Part shown: positions 1 through 12,809 of the stretch, piece by piece | Position numbering within the stretch: the stretch's first letter is position 1 | Layout: every line of letters begins with the position of its first letter | DNA from: Octopus sinensis | Lineage: Eukaryota | Assembly: GCF_006345805.1 (NCBI RefSeq) | Contig: NC_043004.1 | Coordinates: 80,104,001 to 80,168,000, forward strand | Reading direction: 5' to 3' | Length of the DNA: 64,000 nt | Position numbers and translations under genes: made by a program | Notes under the pieces: model-generated | The model's database searches: none | What the model saw: only the letters and a program-made list of their open reading frames with translations | Told to the model about the DNA's origin: nothing

Positions 1-393
1 TACGTTGAAATATTTCGTTACCGTTCCCGAAATTTTCGTCCCGGCATGATCGGGGAAGAGATTTCAGTAACTATTTTACTGACGTATATAACAAATCAAC
101 TTAAATTAATATATACGCTAGTTTATGTGGTTCATTTTGCCACAATTCAAAATATTTCGCTATTTTTCACGTAGCCTAAAAACACTGCGCACACAAGCGG
201 ATAACATGTGGATTTTAAGTGTGCAGCGACATAGTGAGTAAATGTATGTACACTGAGTGATCGTTCATCTTACAAGAGACGGTACTCAACTGTTTCTCGA
301 AATGTAGTATACAGTCAAGTATACGCCATGCAAACACAGATAAGACAGGATGTCATAAGTGATTCGGGCTAAATATCAACAACCACAACAGCA

Positions 394-467
<74 letters not shown>
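394..467 (+). repeat. (ACT)n microsatellite in lectin intron
   Basis: Pure ACT triplet array upstream of the exon acceptor. Confidence 0.95.
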
Positions 468-559
468 AAAACAATATAATGCTCAAACATGCACCGAATC
501 ATAACAAATCTGTGCAAGACTATTATTAATCAATATTTTTATTTTCTGTTTGTTTTCAG

Positions 560-798
560 CTACGACGGAATATCACGAATTTCATATGGGATTATGCAAA
601 GATCTTAGCAAGAAAGTCTTTGTATGGCAGGATGGAGAAGCACTTACATATTCTCAATGGGGACCTACAGAACCCTCGAATCATGGTGGGATTGAAGACT
701 GCGGTAGCTTTAATCCCTACATCAATTATAGATGGAATGATATTGGTTGCCACGTCCTGAACAGTGGGACACAAATATGCGAGATAGTTGTTCGATAA
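560..798 (+). CDS. Terminal exon of a C-type lectin-domain protein (C-terminal half of CRD)
   Basis: Polypyrimidine tract plus AG acceptor at 558-559 (phase 1). Translation ...FHMGL..VFVWQDGEALTYSQWGPTEPSNHGGIEDC....YRWNDIGC......QICE..* shows the CTLD hallmarks W.DG, W...EP(S), EDC, WND..C and the terminal C. Upstream exons lie outside the window. Confidence 0.9.
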
Positions 799-885
799 AT
801 GTGAGGTAAAACGAAACGTAATTTCACACAAATGCAAGCACACACACACAAAATACACACATACATACTCATACATCCACCCACA

Positions 886-926
<41 letters not shown>

Positions 927-929
927 TAA

Positions 930-1098
930 AGGGCATTACTATACATAAATGCCTCACGCTAGGAGGGACTCTTAAAGTCAAAGCTACCGTAATAAACACA
1001 TTGTACCGAACGCCGCGTTCGGTACAATGCGTTTATTATGGTAGCTTTGACCTTAAGACTCCCTCCTAGCGTGAGGCATTTATGTATAGTAATGCCCT
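930..1098. mobile_element. 169-bp fold-back MITE, PIF/Harbinger (Tourist)-like
   Basis: About 81-bp inverted arms with 4 mismatches; termini AGGGC...GCCCT; TAA on both sides (927-929, 1099-1101). Confidence 0.8.
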
Positions 1099-2025
1099 TA
1101 ATATAAATAAATATATCTAAAGGGAATAATTAATAATTTCTTCCCTTATGAGGTTTTTCACGCTAACTACATGATAAATTCTTATAAAGATTTCATACTA
1201 TTGTAAAATTGTATATATATATATATACATACACACATATACACTCATGCGCGCGCGCACACACACAAATATAATGTTAACTTTGGTTGTGATTGGTCGG
1301 GAATTTATAATTGATTTCACGTCTTTTGTTGCTATTAGTAATAAACCAGACGGGGGCACATAACCTACATACTAATGGAGATAGAAGTTTGAAAACAAAT
1401 CTTAAACGAAATTCATCGTGGAGAAAACCCTTCTTGTTGAAGTGGAGTTATTTCTCATTGACCAGTTCTAGTCGTGTCCGAACATGTCCGTTTATGTACG
1501 ATTTCCGTTCACTAGTCAGCAGGCAGGGCATTCGAATTTTTCTCATAAAGGCACCAATTAAGCATCTTACTTTTAAAATTTGTGAACCTATGACGTTCCA
1601 AAATTCAAAATGTGTTTTTATTCGGTCCCTTCATGTGAAATAAATTGTGTTGAGAGCACGGAATTCTCCACTTGATGACTACTGAACGAAAATCGTATAT
1701 AAACTGACCCAATTTATACACAAGCGGAAGTGGTCAAAGGGGAATAAATCCGTAGGACCTAGAAGAGATTTTGCTTCGAAGAATATCGTTTCAGACATTT
1801 TGTCACAATCCGGGCCGACTCACAGTGTATTTTTAGTTCCATTACTAAAATGGTTCTCTGCTTCAAACTAGGAAATCTGATGTTTCACCAATAATGTTAA
1901 AACAGCAATACACGTGAAACCAATGGTAACTTTCCCACCAGTCATAACCAACGACTACACTAAATATAATTCCTCAAATCTCTTTCAGAGTGTGCCTATT
2001 AGCAATAATGAACAAGTCACCCATT

Positions 2026-2077
<52 letters not shown>

Positions 2078-2162
2078 TTAGAGACAAAACCACTATTTTG
2101 CAAAACAAACAAGGAAAGACTTAATCAATACATAAAATTTTAATAAAAAGTTAAAAAAACCG

Positions 2163-2205
2163 CCACTACAATTGTTTCTTGTCCTGATCGACAATCTTCA
2201 GGTGG
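2163..2205 (-). ncRNA. Minimal type-I hammerhead ribozyme, intact core
   Basis: Minus strand reads CCAC-CTGAAGA-TTGTC-gatcag-GACAA-GAAAC-aatt-GTA-GTGG. All three stems pair, the cleavage triplet is GUA and the stem III loop is palindromic. It lies in a ~165-bp element between (TA)n arrays. Confidence 0.85.
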
Positions 2206-2229
2206 ATTTCCAATAAGTCAGTTTCAAAT

Positions 2230-2410
<181 letters not shown>

Positions 2411-2949
2411 ATGAAGTATGTTATAGAAAATATGGGCTATTTACGGAGTACTCGTAGAGAGCCAATGCGAAATAATACAAAGTAGAGGACAATGAAAACG
2501 CAAATCCTAGGCAGTCAACCAAATTCCCGAACGCATAAATGATGATATTCAATCAACGTAATTGAATCATATATATTTATACACGTCAACATAAATCATG
2601 CATGTATAACCGTAAAGATTTTCCAGGGGTATATAGAATAAAACCAAACATAAAATATAGGAGAGATATAAATGCATATAAAAATATATAAAGGTTAATA
2701 TAAAATCACATATAAATGAAGATTACATGTAGAAAGTTATGCGTAATAAAAATAGGGGGCACAATGTAGATGAGAGATTGATAACTATAGGAATAAAGAT
2801 GTCAATTTTCAAAGTGACAGACCGCCTAAAGCGTCTAAAATTTCTTATACATCTAAAATACGAGATAAATGTGACACAAGATATCAAGGTTAACAACAGT
2901 AAATAAAAATTATCCGAAGAATAGGAGGGTGTTCATGCATGAATTATGT

Positions 2950-3890
2950 GGATGCGTATAAATATACATGATTTGATTACATTACCTTCTTCTTTTAGTG
3001 TCATATTTATATTTATTTTTATTGAATAAGTTCTCATTAGAAGAGAAGAAATTCTATTTCTAATGCTTTTTATAAGATCCTCTTTATAGATTATGAATGA
3101 TTACTTTCATAGTTTAAAGATTTTATGTTAGAGTTAGGTTTCATGTAAGGTTCATGTAATCCTGTATTTATACCACAGTTATCGTCTAGGTGGTTGATAG
3201 AATACTTCTCATTCTCTGTAGTGATAGAAAGGCCGGATAGTTTTTAAGCAGTTCTAAATGAGTCCCCCACCAAATTCTTGGAATTCTTTATTAATGTTGT
3301 CTGATATATTCTCACAAGTTCGGTCACTTCCACTGAGTCTGAGGATCCCATTGTTATATCAAAGAAATTTGGTGTGTCCTTTCTTGCCCAAAATTTGTTA
3401 CCAAATTCAATAGTAGATTTTCGGGCCGTGAGGATTACATTGATTTCTTTCATACTGATCTTAGTATAGTTCTTAGCAAAAATGAGAGCACTATTTAAAC
3501 TATTAGGGTTTATGGAGGAGTAGTAATTTTGAATGTCAATTGGCAGAAGTTTATGTTGATCCTTATAATTTATATTAGAGAAACAAATTGTTGCATTTTG
3601 GGTATTAGTCCATAACTCAAGTTTAATCTTTTTCTAAGGGAAAGTATGTACTTATCCAAAATAGCTTTACAAAGCTTTCCTAAGTCTGATTTATTGGAGC
3701 AAATGACTATAACTTGAGTGTTACTTAAGTAGTTATACTTATGGTCCTTAATTGTATCTTAGTCATTGCCTGTAACCTGTGAGCATAATATGCTTGCATA
3801 TGTATACTCAGGATTAATATAAGTAATTATACCGGTAGTAAAACGGATATTTCTATCCCTTAGACGGTTAATCAACATCAAACTCTACTA
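2950..3890 (-). pseudogene. Penelope-like element reverse transcriptase, decayed
   Basis: Motifs TIKDHK, KSDLGKLCKAILD, DIQNYYSSI, ILTARKS, FFDITMGSSDSVEVTELV and EPYMKPNS..SNH match PLE RT; stops and frameshifts present. Confidence 0.85.
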
Positions 3891-3901
3891 TCTATACACA
3901 C

Positions 3902-3978
<77 letters not shown>

Positions 3979-4032
3979 AGTTATGTGGGTTTAGGTCACA
4001 TACATTATTATTATTATTGAAAAAATGCAAAG

Positions 4033-4086
4033 TCTTACAGCTGTTTCTAGGATATCCCAGAGTGTGGAATATTCCGTAATCAGAGA
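4033..4086 (-). ncRNA. Hammerhead remnant (G8U) in PLE pLTR-like segment
   Basis: TCT-CTGATTA-stem II-GAAAC-agct-GTA-AGA; one core substitution. Confidence 0.7.
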
Positions 4087-4999
4087 AAAATAGGGAAAGT
4101 GAGGAGGGTACAGATTAATGAAATGACAATATAGATGGCAATAGTAAAGGAATAAGGAGATGAAGAGAGAAAAGAAGAAAGAAACAAAAAAGTTCACAGC
4201 TCAATTTTCCGATCTTGTAGAAACAAGTGCATAAGTCTTTCGGTGCAATTCTACGTAGATCTAAGTTGGTTAAAGTCCTGATATTGTAAACATCCAGAAA
4301 AGGCGCGAACATATCAACGTTCAATAACAGAATGTTAGCGTTATTAAGTGGTAATTAAATACACAAGTAAATGAATAGAAAGAGAGGTAGATAGAGTGAG
4401 GGAGAGTTAAGGATTGGCTTTAGGATGAAGTAAGGCATATAAGTATATAGTGTCTATGAATATAGTGTGCAAGGATACCCGAGAAGATTAGAGAGAGGAT
4501 GAGGAGATAGAGGAAGATAACGTAAAAAATTTAACAAAATAGAGCAATGAAAGAAATTTTAAAAGAGTAGTAGTTGTCAGTGGTGTTCTTCTAGTCTATA
4601 GGAGTTGGAGAGAAAATCTAGTAGTAAATTCTTGTGTCTGTTCTGGCTAAAATCAGTGGCTTTAGAGTTATTTTTAACAATAGGGTTATAGGTGTGTAGG
4701 CGGTCGAGAATGAAGGAACTAATTGAATGTTAAATTATTTACGAAATTGGAGTTAGAAGGAAATATTAGGGGATTTATTAGTTTATGGTTTGAAAGTAAA
4801 TTAAAGTTGAATTAAAGAATATTGATCTCATAAAGTGATAAGGTAAGGTAGATAGAAGAGATATAAGAGATGAGGTAGATAGAAGAGATATAGGAGAGAT
4901 AGAAGAGATATAGAGAGGTATGTGTTAATGATCACCGGAGTTTGTATGTGGGTGTCATTCGTGGGAGGTGAACTTACATTTAGATTTATGAAAGACTTT

Positions 5000-5627
5000 A
5001 AAAGCGTGGAGGAATTTATGCTTACACCTAGCGAAGTCTTCGTTGTGTTTATTAAGCAATTGTGGTGAGTTACAGGTTAACATGTTGAGGGTTTCTTTTA
5101 AGCACACTCCACAAATGGAGTGTTGGTCCTGATACGGGATATCCGAGTCTATTATTGCTCAGGAAAGTTTATATTGTATTTTTCTATTAATTAGATGGTG
5201 TACGTAGCTGGCTAGTTACATGGATTTGTTATTCCCTTTATATCTAAACGAGTTTAAATGTGGATGATATCTTTGTTTAAAAAATGTAGTAGATCCACTG
5301 CAGTAGCTAAAGAAGTTATTTTCTATGTTGCGAACGGTGCATTAGTATACGACGTTGAATCTTCTGCATTGGGCTTGCAGCGGGCAGTCTCGCCCGGATC
5401 AGCAATTGCAGCTGTCAATTCTACGATAGTTAATTGGGGATAGAGATGAAGTAGTGCTGGTAGTAGCTAGCGTAGTATTAGTTGAATTGATCGTAATATT
5501 GCTGTTATTATTGCTGTCATTTCTACTATTAATATCAACACAAGCGTTACTATTATTATTATTATTGTCTCTACCGTTATCGGCATCGTTGTTATAAATA
5601 TTGTCATTACCATTAGTAGTAGTAGTT

Positions 5628-5689
<62 letters not shown>

Positions 5690-6400
5690 TGTTGTTGTGG
5701 TGGTGGTGATGGTGGTGGCAGCAATAGCAGCAGCAGGTGCGGTAGTAGTATCATTGGTAGTAATGTTAGTATTAGCAGTGGTAGAGGAGGTGGTATTAGT
5801 TATGTTATTATTGCAACTATTTGTAGTAGCGTTTGTGGTTGGAGTGCTAGTAGTATTATTATTTACAGTAATGGTAATGTTGTCGTTGGTGCTAGTATTA
5901 ATATTATTGCTAGTCCTATTAGTAGTTGAAGTATATGTATTATTAGTTGTAGTGGTTATAATATAGTTAGTATTGTTAGTATCAGCGTGCCTGTTAATGT
6001 TTTCCTCAGTTTCAGCTGTGCGCCCATTACTCTCCGAGGAGGGGACTATATTGTGTATGCTTAAGTTGTTTAAAGTAGTCGAGCCAGGGGCATTAGATAT
6101 GTTATTGCGATAGCGTTTTCATTGTGTAGGTCTATGGTATGCATTTAGATTGTAACAGCTAGGTTTACGTTTGTTAGATGAGGTGATAATTGATTCTATA
6201 TTTGGTGTAGATAAATAATTTCAAAGTGGATCTGTTAAAGATAGAATAGTACTTATGGTTACGTGGGCAATTAGATTCTACTATTTTAAAGAATGCTTTA
6301 GCGGGGCCCTTAACATTTCAAGCCAATGGAGACTAGATCCCCCGCCGCTTTTATTAGGCACGTGTGAGGAGGTGTAATTCCTAGTAAATGTTAGAGGAGA
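5000..6400 (-). pseudogene. PLE post-RT linker plus GIY-YIG endonuclease, decayed
   Basis: At 6400-6170: AFFKIVESNCPRNHKYYSIFNRST..PNIESIITS. At 5430-5010: NC*SGRDCPLQAQC..VVY*CTV..FKQRYHPHLNSFR..LASYVHHL..CGVCLKE..LLNKHNE..CKH. A low-complexity triplet expansion (5460-6000) lies between them. Confidence 0.85.
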
Positions 6401-6439
6401 GTTGGAAAGTCTAGTATTAGTATTTATACAAAACTATTT

Positions 6440-8130
6440 GATTAAATATTCTACTTTATTTCTTTTTTCTTTCTTCTTTCTTTCTGTTTTTATTCTATTT
6501 TTTCGTCTTTTTCTTTTCCCTTGTTATAAAATTAAACTTAAAGACGAATGATGTCATTCCATCAACGCGTGGGGGCTGGTTGCTTTCCTTCATACATTAA
6601 ATTTTAATTTCTATAATTTTGAATTTTGAACTCGACAAAGACAGGCTAAATTTCATTCAACCAATAAACTATCTATTACAATCCAATCGGGCTCTTCGTC
6701 TTAACTGTTTACCTTTGTGAAGAGTTACATAAATTCTTTTAATATATCAAAATCGATTAGATTGAGATGACCGATTTTATGGTACACAGAATAACAATAG
6801 GAACACATAGAAATTCTGGAAGTTACCAAAGCAGCCGGATGTCTAAAGAAAATCTTAATGTAAATTATAGTTTTTGTGTTTTATTCCTTCTTACAGGTAG
6901 CTTGTCAGCCCTGTTACTTTCACTAGACCCCAGTGTTGAGCCCAATCCTGGGCCAATGGATTTTGTACCATTTAAATACGAATCAGAAATAGAGAAATTG
7001 TGTGCATCAATGTGTGCATCAAAGACTAGCGATTCATTGCTTCGAAAGCTTAAATTAATTGGTGAGAGCAATTCATTTAACATAATGGAAGCAATTATTG
7101 AAAACTATCGTTCAAAATTAATATTGCTGGGTGTAGACAATAAAGCTAATAACGGATAAGGGAGGCGTTATCGAAATTATGGACAGAAGTGAGTATATTT
7201 CGCTTAAGAAGAATTTTTAAATGACAAAACTTCATATGAAAAATTAACTGTCGATCCAAACCCCAATTACAGAGAGGAACTTGACAAAATAATTCTGGAA
7301 ATGGAAGAAAACAATTTCATTAATAAGGTCAAATCAAGGATTTTACAGTCAGAAAGAAGAAAACCTGTATTTTATGGTCTCCCTACAGTACACAAAAATT
7401 CGAAAGAATTCCTTTCATGCGCCCAATTTGCAGCGGATATGAATGATAACAGAAATGTTGATTTATACAGAAGGTGGAACACGTAAAGATTTCCATTTGG
7501 TGTACGCGGCAGAATGCACGAAACACAACTTGATTTATGTTGGTTGTACAACAGAACAATTAAACAAAAGATTTAATGGGCACAGATATGACGTCAGACA
7601 CAAAACCAATTGTTCAACAGAACTTGCTGAACATTTTGCTTTAAACGGCTGCAATTTTGAAAAAGACTTGAAAGTACATATTCTCAGAAAATATTCTGAA
7701 TCTGCTTCATTTTCTCTTCTCAAAATGCATGGGGAGAAATATGTTTGCGGATTATTAACATCAGGCCTAGGAGGAATGAACAAAGTGACAAGAGAATATC
7801 ATCAAATTTATTCAAAACTGTTTGATTAAATATTTTATTCTTTCCTCATTTTTTTCAGTTCTTTTCTGCTTTTTTCTTTTCGCTTGTTATAAAATTGAAA
7901 CTTAAAGACTGATGAGGTCATTTCATCAACATGTGGACGCTGGTTGCTCTCGTTCATACATTAAATTTAAATTTCTATAATTTTGAATTTTTATCACTTC
8001 TTATTTTGAACTCGACAAATACAGGTTTACTGTCGAAATATCGTTCAACCAATAAACTATCTATTACAATCGAATCGCGCTTTTCGTCTTGACTGTTTAC
8101 CTTTGTGAAGAGTTACGTTAATCCTTTTAA
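6440..8130 (+). mobile_element. Internally deleted PLE flanked by ~300-bp direct repeats (pLTRs)
   Basis: Direct repeats at ~6450-6742 and ~7830-8130. RT N-terminal motifs DKGGVIEIMDR and PVFYGLPTVHK join directly to GIY-YIG (VYAAECTKHNLIYVGCTTEQLNKRFNGHR..ELAEHF); the RT catalytic core is missing. The 3' pLTR keeps CTGATGA (7909-7915) but no adjacent GAAA. Confidence 0.85.
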
Positions 8131-8479
8131 AGGATTATTATTATTATCATTTTTATTATAATTATTGAAATACAAATAAAAGTAATAGTTTTAACGCATG
8201 CGCGCGCACACATATATATACGCACATAATAAACATGTCTATACTGAGTATTCCAGACGCATCTTAATATTATCCTGGTATTGTCCTTTGTACACCTTGA
8301 TGATCCTTCATACAAGGTACTTAAAAAGCGAAATTATATATTTATAAATGTTTTGTAATTTTAATTTTGCTTCTGAAATGAAACAACTGTAAGTGAATAT
8401 GTTAATTAATCAATAAATTTATTTGTATCCAGTAGATCTCTCAGTTTTCTAACTCGATAAAAATATTTGATATATATAT

Positions 8480-8830
8480 ATATGGTGGATTCTCCTATCG
8501 AAGACGATGAATGAGGGTTCAGCAAATAACCTTCAACAATTCCTAACGCTTGCGACACCGCATGCGTACCTTCAATCCACCAGATGTCTTGCAAACTTTC
8601 TCACAAATGGTACACTTGCACGTATTCATTGGATCAAAATGTCTTTTTGAGTGGACAGCTAACCCAGCTTTGCTTCGTGCTTTGAACCCACAGTGACACA
8701 CACAGTCATTGTTTGGTGGATTTTGCTGATATATACTTACCCTTCACCCAACGATAGGTGGTGTATATACGCTTGTTGTCAACCTTTACGCTTTTGCCCG
8801 CGGTTGTAGATTTCATTACTAATTCAGTTC
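8480..8830 (-). mobile_element. RTE-type LINE 3' end with two C2H2-like knuckles
   Basis: CHCGFKARSKAGLAVHSKRH and CTICEKVCKTSGGLKVRMR followed by a stop and short 3' tail; no TGEKP linkers. Confidence 0.6.
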
Positions 8831-9949
8831 TCAACCAAATTGAATGCAGTTTGTTTTAGCAATGATGGTCCAGTACTAAAATACGTTTGGATATAAAATA
8901 ATTGAAATTTGGTTCATTAAAAGAAATAGTTAGATCATAATATGTGAGGGCAGAAACTGGTGTAAAGCGAAAAGTTAACTTTGAATTAAAATATTTCAAT
9001 TATTTTTAAAAGTAAATTGGCTTTCAAAGAATGTGCTCAATAAGAAGTATCTTTTGCTGAAAACTTCGTTTAAAAATTATTCATTTAAAAATAATTAGCT
9101 GTGAAAAATGTAGTGCGACATTAAGTCACAAAAAAATGGTAATTTCAAAATTTGAATTTGTATCAGAATATCTCAGCTATCATAAGAGTAATCTACACAA
9201 CGGTGGTGTTCAAATAAAATAACTCTATGAATAGGAATCTAATTCTGAAAAGTTCGTCGAAAAATATTAGTAACGAGAAGTATATTGTGGATGGGCGACA
9301 ATGGTGATCATTCTAACAAATCAATATATTTTTGTCATTGTAAAATATTTAATGTTATAAAGGCCATTTTGAAAAAATCCTGATTTGACAACATCAATGA
9401 CTGAAGAGATCACAATACAATGAACATACTACGCATGACAGATGACGACTAAACCGTACAGAATTTTACCCCAACTACTGGCTGTATTAGTTAAGGGGAC
9501 TTTGGCAATGATGAGTGCTGTGAAAGACAGTATTTGATGTCAAGGACTCATTTAGCCTGATGGCACAGGAGTGTTAGTCGGAATTTTAGAGCGACAAGTT
9601 TCGAATGTCTGTAGCGCCTTGCTGGCCACCTTTGTTTTTTAAGCTGTTGTCACAATTATTCTGCGTTCGAGCTGTGGAGTGGTGCCTTCTCTTGGTCAAG
9701 GCACTGTGGCCTTTTACAACGAAAGCCCTTTCTTAATTCCCTCAAACTATTCACAAAGTTGTCTTTGATGACTGTTTGGCCATAGGGAACCTATTGAATG
9801 TATTCCATTCCTTTGATGACAAAAAAGGGTGTCGTATTCTCGGTGAATTTGCTTTTCCCGACCTTTTGTGTCAGCGAAAAACACATACTCTCGGCTCACA
9901 GTTAAAAGATATGAAGTCTGGAGCATTACCTATGTTACTGTAGCGTTTG

Positions 9950-11300
9950 TTTCGTAAGTTTAACAGAAGCACTTTATTGCAAAGCGAAGTCCAAAATTAT
10001 TTTCAAGTCTCGGCATGAAAGTTTACGAAAATGCTTTCTTTTTTTAATGGACACTGAGTAAAATTGACTGATGGTTTCATGGACTACTCTTATCCACAAG
10101 AACAAAGAGACAAGTGTGGCGCCAAACTATAAATCCATTGCATACCTGAACGTCATATGCAAACGGTAAACTGTCTGGATATGTTTTTACAACGCCAATG
10201 CCAAACAAATGGTGTAATAATCGACGAATAGGCAGAAAAAAGAAAAGAGTCTGGGGCTGTTCAGAACAGCCCCTCCCCAACAAAGCTGTCTTTAAAGAAA
10301 CCAATCACATTGGTGTAAACGTTTAACTGTATAGCTAAACTACAAGACATTGTTCGACTCTGTGTCTCACTCATGCAGGATAGAAATATTACACCTTGAC
10401 AAATTACAAGCTGCTGTATTTCAATGGCATTCTAGTGAATGCCATTGAAAGATACACTGCAATGTGGTTCACACAATTATCCTCGACAACTACTAAAGCA
10501 TTTCTTATTGTTACAAAAAGAATCAAGCGATAAATAGACATATTCCAGTGTGATAATTTATCTGTAATGCAGGTTGTACTGACGGTGAATCCATTTGTCA
10601 GCCCTATTAACACAATGCCAAGGGTACATGCAGGGATATGCAGAAAAGGATAAAATTAATGTTACCCTAACAGTTTTTGTTGATGACCTAAAATTATATT
10701 CTGTAATATTACGAACATCAAGAGACAATTCAAACTGGTTACAACATACCCACGAGATAAACGAATATAGTTTGGGCAAGATAGATGCTCATGCATAATA
10801 GTCAACTGAGGTAAGATTGTTGACCAGAGAACATATATATTATCGGTTTGTCTATCTCTACTACTTCGAATCGATGAGAAGGTTGCATATATTGGTGCTG
10901 TCACTGAAGCCAACGTAACAAAAGGGTACTTCTGTAGAATGCTTTTGCAGTACAAGCGCTAGTGCCAACGTTTGGGATATTGGACAGCACACTCGGTGAC
11001 AAAATCAGCCTGGACGTCAAAACCAGAATTGTACTGACTTTGTAATTCATTCCGATGACTTTGAGATAGAGTCAACAACCCTATTGTTTTTATAGGTATA
11101 ATATCCTTGCTCTACTTAAATACTCTTATACTTTGTGATAGGAGTCAAATCTTCCTCACATCGCACGCTACCATTCTTATGGCCATACACGTAAAGTCTG
11201 GATGGCCATGTCTCGAATGATTAGTCTCATGGAACAGGAGCTAAACAATAACTACTACAATTTCTCAAACAAGCCTGAACATTGTCGCTCTACTTGCCAG
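9950..11300 (+). pseudogene. R4/Dong-clade LINE reverse transcriptase, heavily decayed
   Basis: TTLIHK..PNYKSIAYLN, LNYKTLFDSVSHS, FVDDLKLYS, TFGILD..LDVKTR. Confidence 0.75.
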
Positions 11301-11555
11301 AAGTAACAAGCAAATATTTCTAAAATCCCGTACAATTATCTAACAAAATACCCACATATTAAATAATATAATTGTATAGTTTGGACTCCAATACCTTTGA
11401 TATAATATATTTGCTCGAAATAGGCGGATTGTAGCGTAAAGTCACCAACAAAATCAACCATAATAACCAACAAAAACTAATATTACTGCCGCCGCTGCAG
11501 CTGCTGCTGCTGCTACAACTACTACTACTAGTACTACTACTACTACTACTACTAC

Positions 11556-11593
<38 letters not shown>

Positions 11594-12431
11594 CTTCTAC
11601 TACGGCCGACATCAATTATTACAATAGCCAACAATGAAATTGCCCATTTAATGTTTATAAATATCCTCAAATAATTTTACAGTGTTGACTTTGAATGTGC
11701 TCATTTATTCACATTTTGTATTATTTTTCTATGGCGGAAATACTGTAGCTGGTAAAATCAGAATTGTGATGAAACTATGATCTGGAGATGGTCATACTAT
11801 TGTTCCTTCTGGATTATATAATTCAATTAAGTGGAATGTCATTGTCTGGTTTTCACAATTGAAAAAAGAGGACTATTTGGGGGATGAAAGATTTTCTATT
11901 TCTGTTTCAACTTGATTCATCGTGTTGTAGAAGTGAATATTTTTGAGCGGTTCAATATTTGAGATGAGTATTGCTGGAACGTTTTCTCTGAGTATGACAA
12001 GATTATACATTTTAATACAATCTGTTGGCGGGAAAAATCACTTAAAATGTACCTACGAGATTTATTAAAATTTGGGTATTTGTTGAATACTCTTCAGAAA
12101 ATTCTTGCCAAATTTAAGTAGTTTTTCTCTTATTACAATTTTGCTGCCGCCGATATTTCAAAGATATAGAAAATTATATGAATTGTTTCATAAAATTTCA
12201 AACACCATTACAATGTCAAAGATTCTTGAAATTTTGTAAGGCCATTTGAATTGATTTCATGGAATGAATATTGTATAGAGATGCCTTAAATTTTTTCGGC
12301 AAGAAAAGTATTTATTAACAATTATCTCGGAAAACTCTCAAATAGTTTCAAGGAAATTGACAAGACTGCTTTCATGCATAAATTCATTTTTTAATGTTTG
12401 CTTTATGATTTCACGATAAAAATAGTAAATA

Positions 12432-12761
12432 ATGTCTTCGAAGCGAAGAAAATGCTTAAATGATCCTCAGTTTTTGTTTTGCAGAAACAATGAAGAAAAC
12501 TCAATGATTTATTTAAAAAGTTATAAATTCTATACTTTAAACTGAAAATAGTAAACCAAGATAAGGGCTGGGTTTCTCATCAATTTTGCGAAACGTGTCT
12601 TGTAAATATGTGAGGATTGGCAAGTAGGAAGAAGAAGGAAATAGAATTTGGAATGCCATTGATTTGGAGGTAATCTGAATATCATTTTAGAGTCTGCTAT
12701 TTGTGTTTAATTTATGCTAAAAGTTTTGATGTTTAAAAACAAAGCGAAAAATGAATATAGA

Positions 12762-12809
<48 letters not shown>

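Noticed and set aside
1400-1560. FECPAC...YINGHVRT zinc-finger-like stretch on minus
   Set aside because: Needs a stop read-through and a frameshift; too degenerate to call.
8480-8830. C2H2 zinc-finger gene (also 46947-47110)
   Set aside because: No TGEKP linkers or splice sites; two knuckles followed by a stop and tail fit RTE LINE C-termini.
11720-12395. Decayed minus-strand frame with faint Helitron-helicase-like segment
   Set aside because: Stop density is near random for this AT content and downstream helicase motifs are absent.
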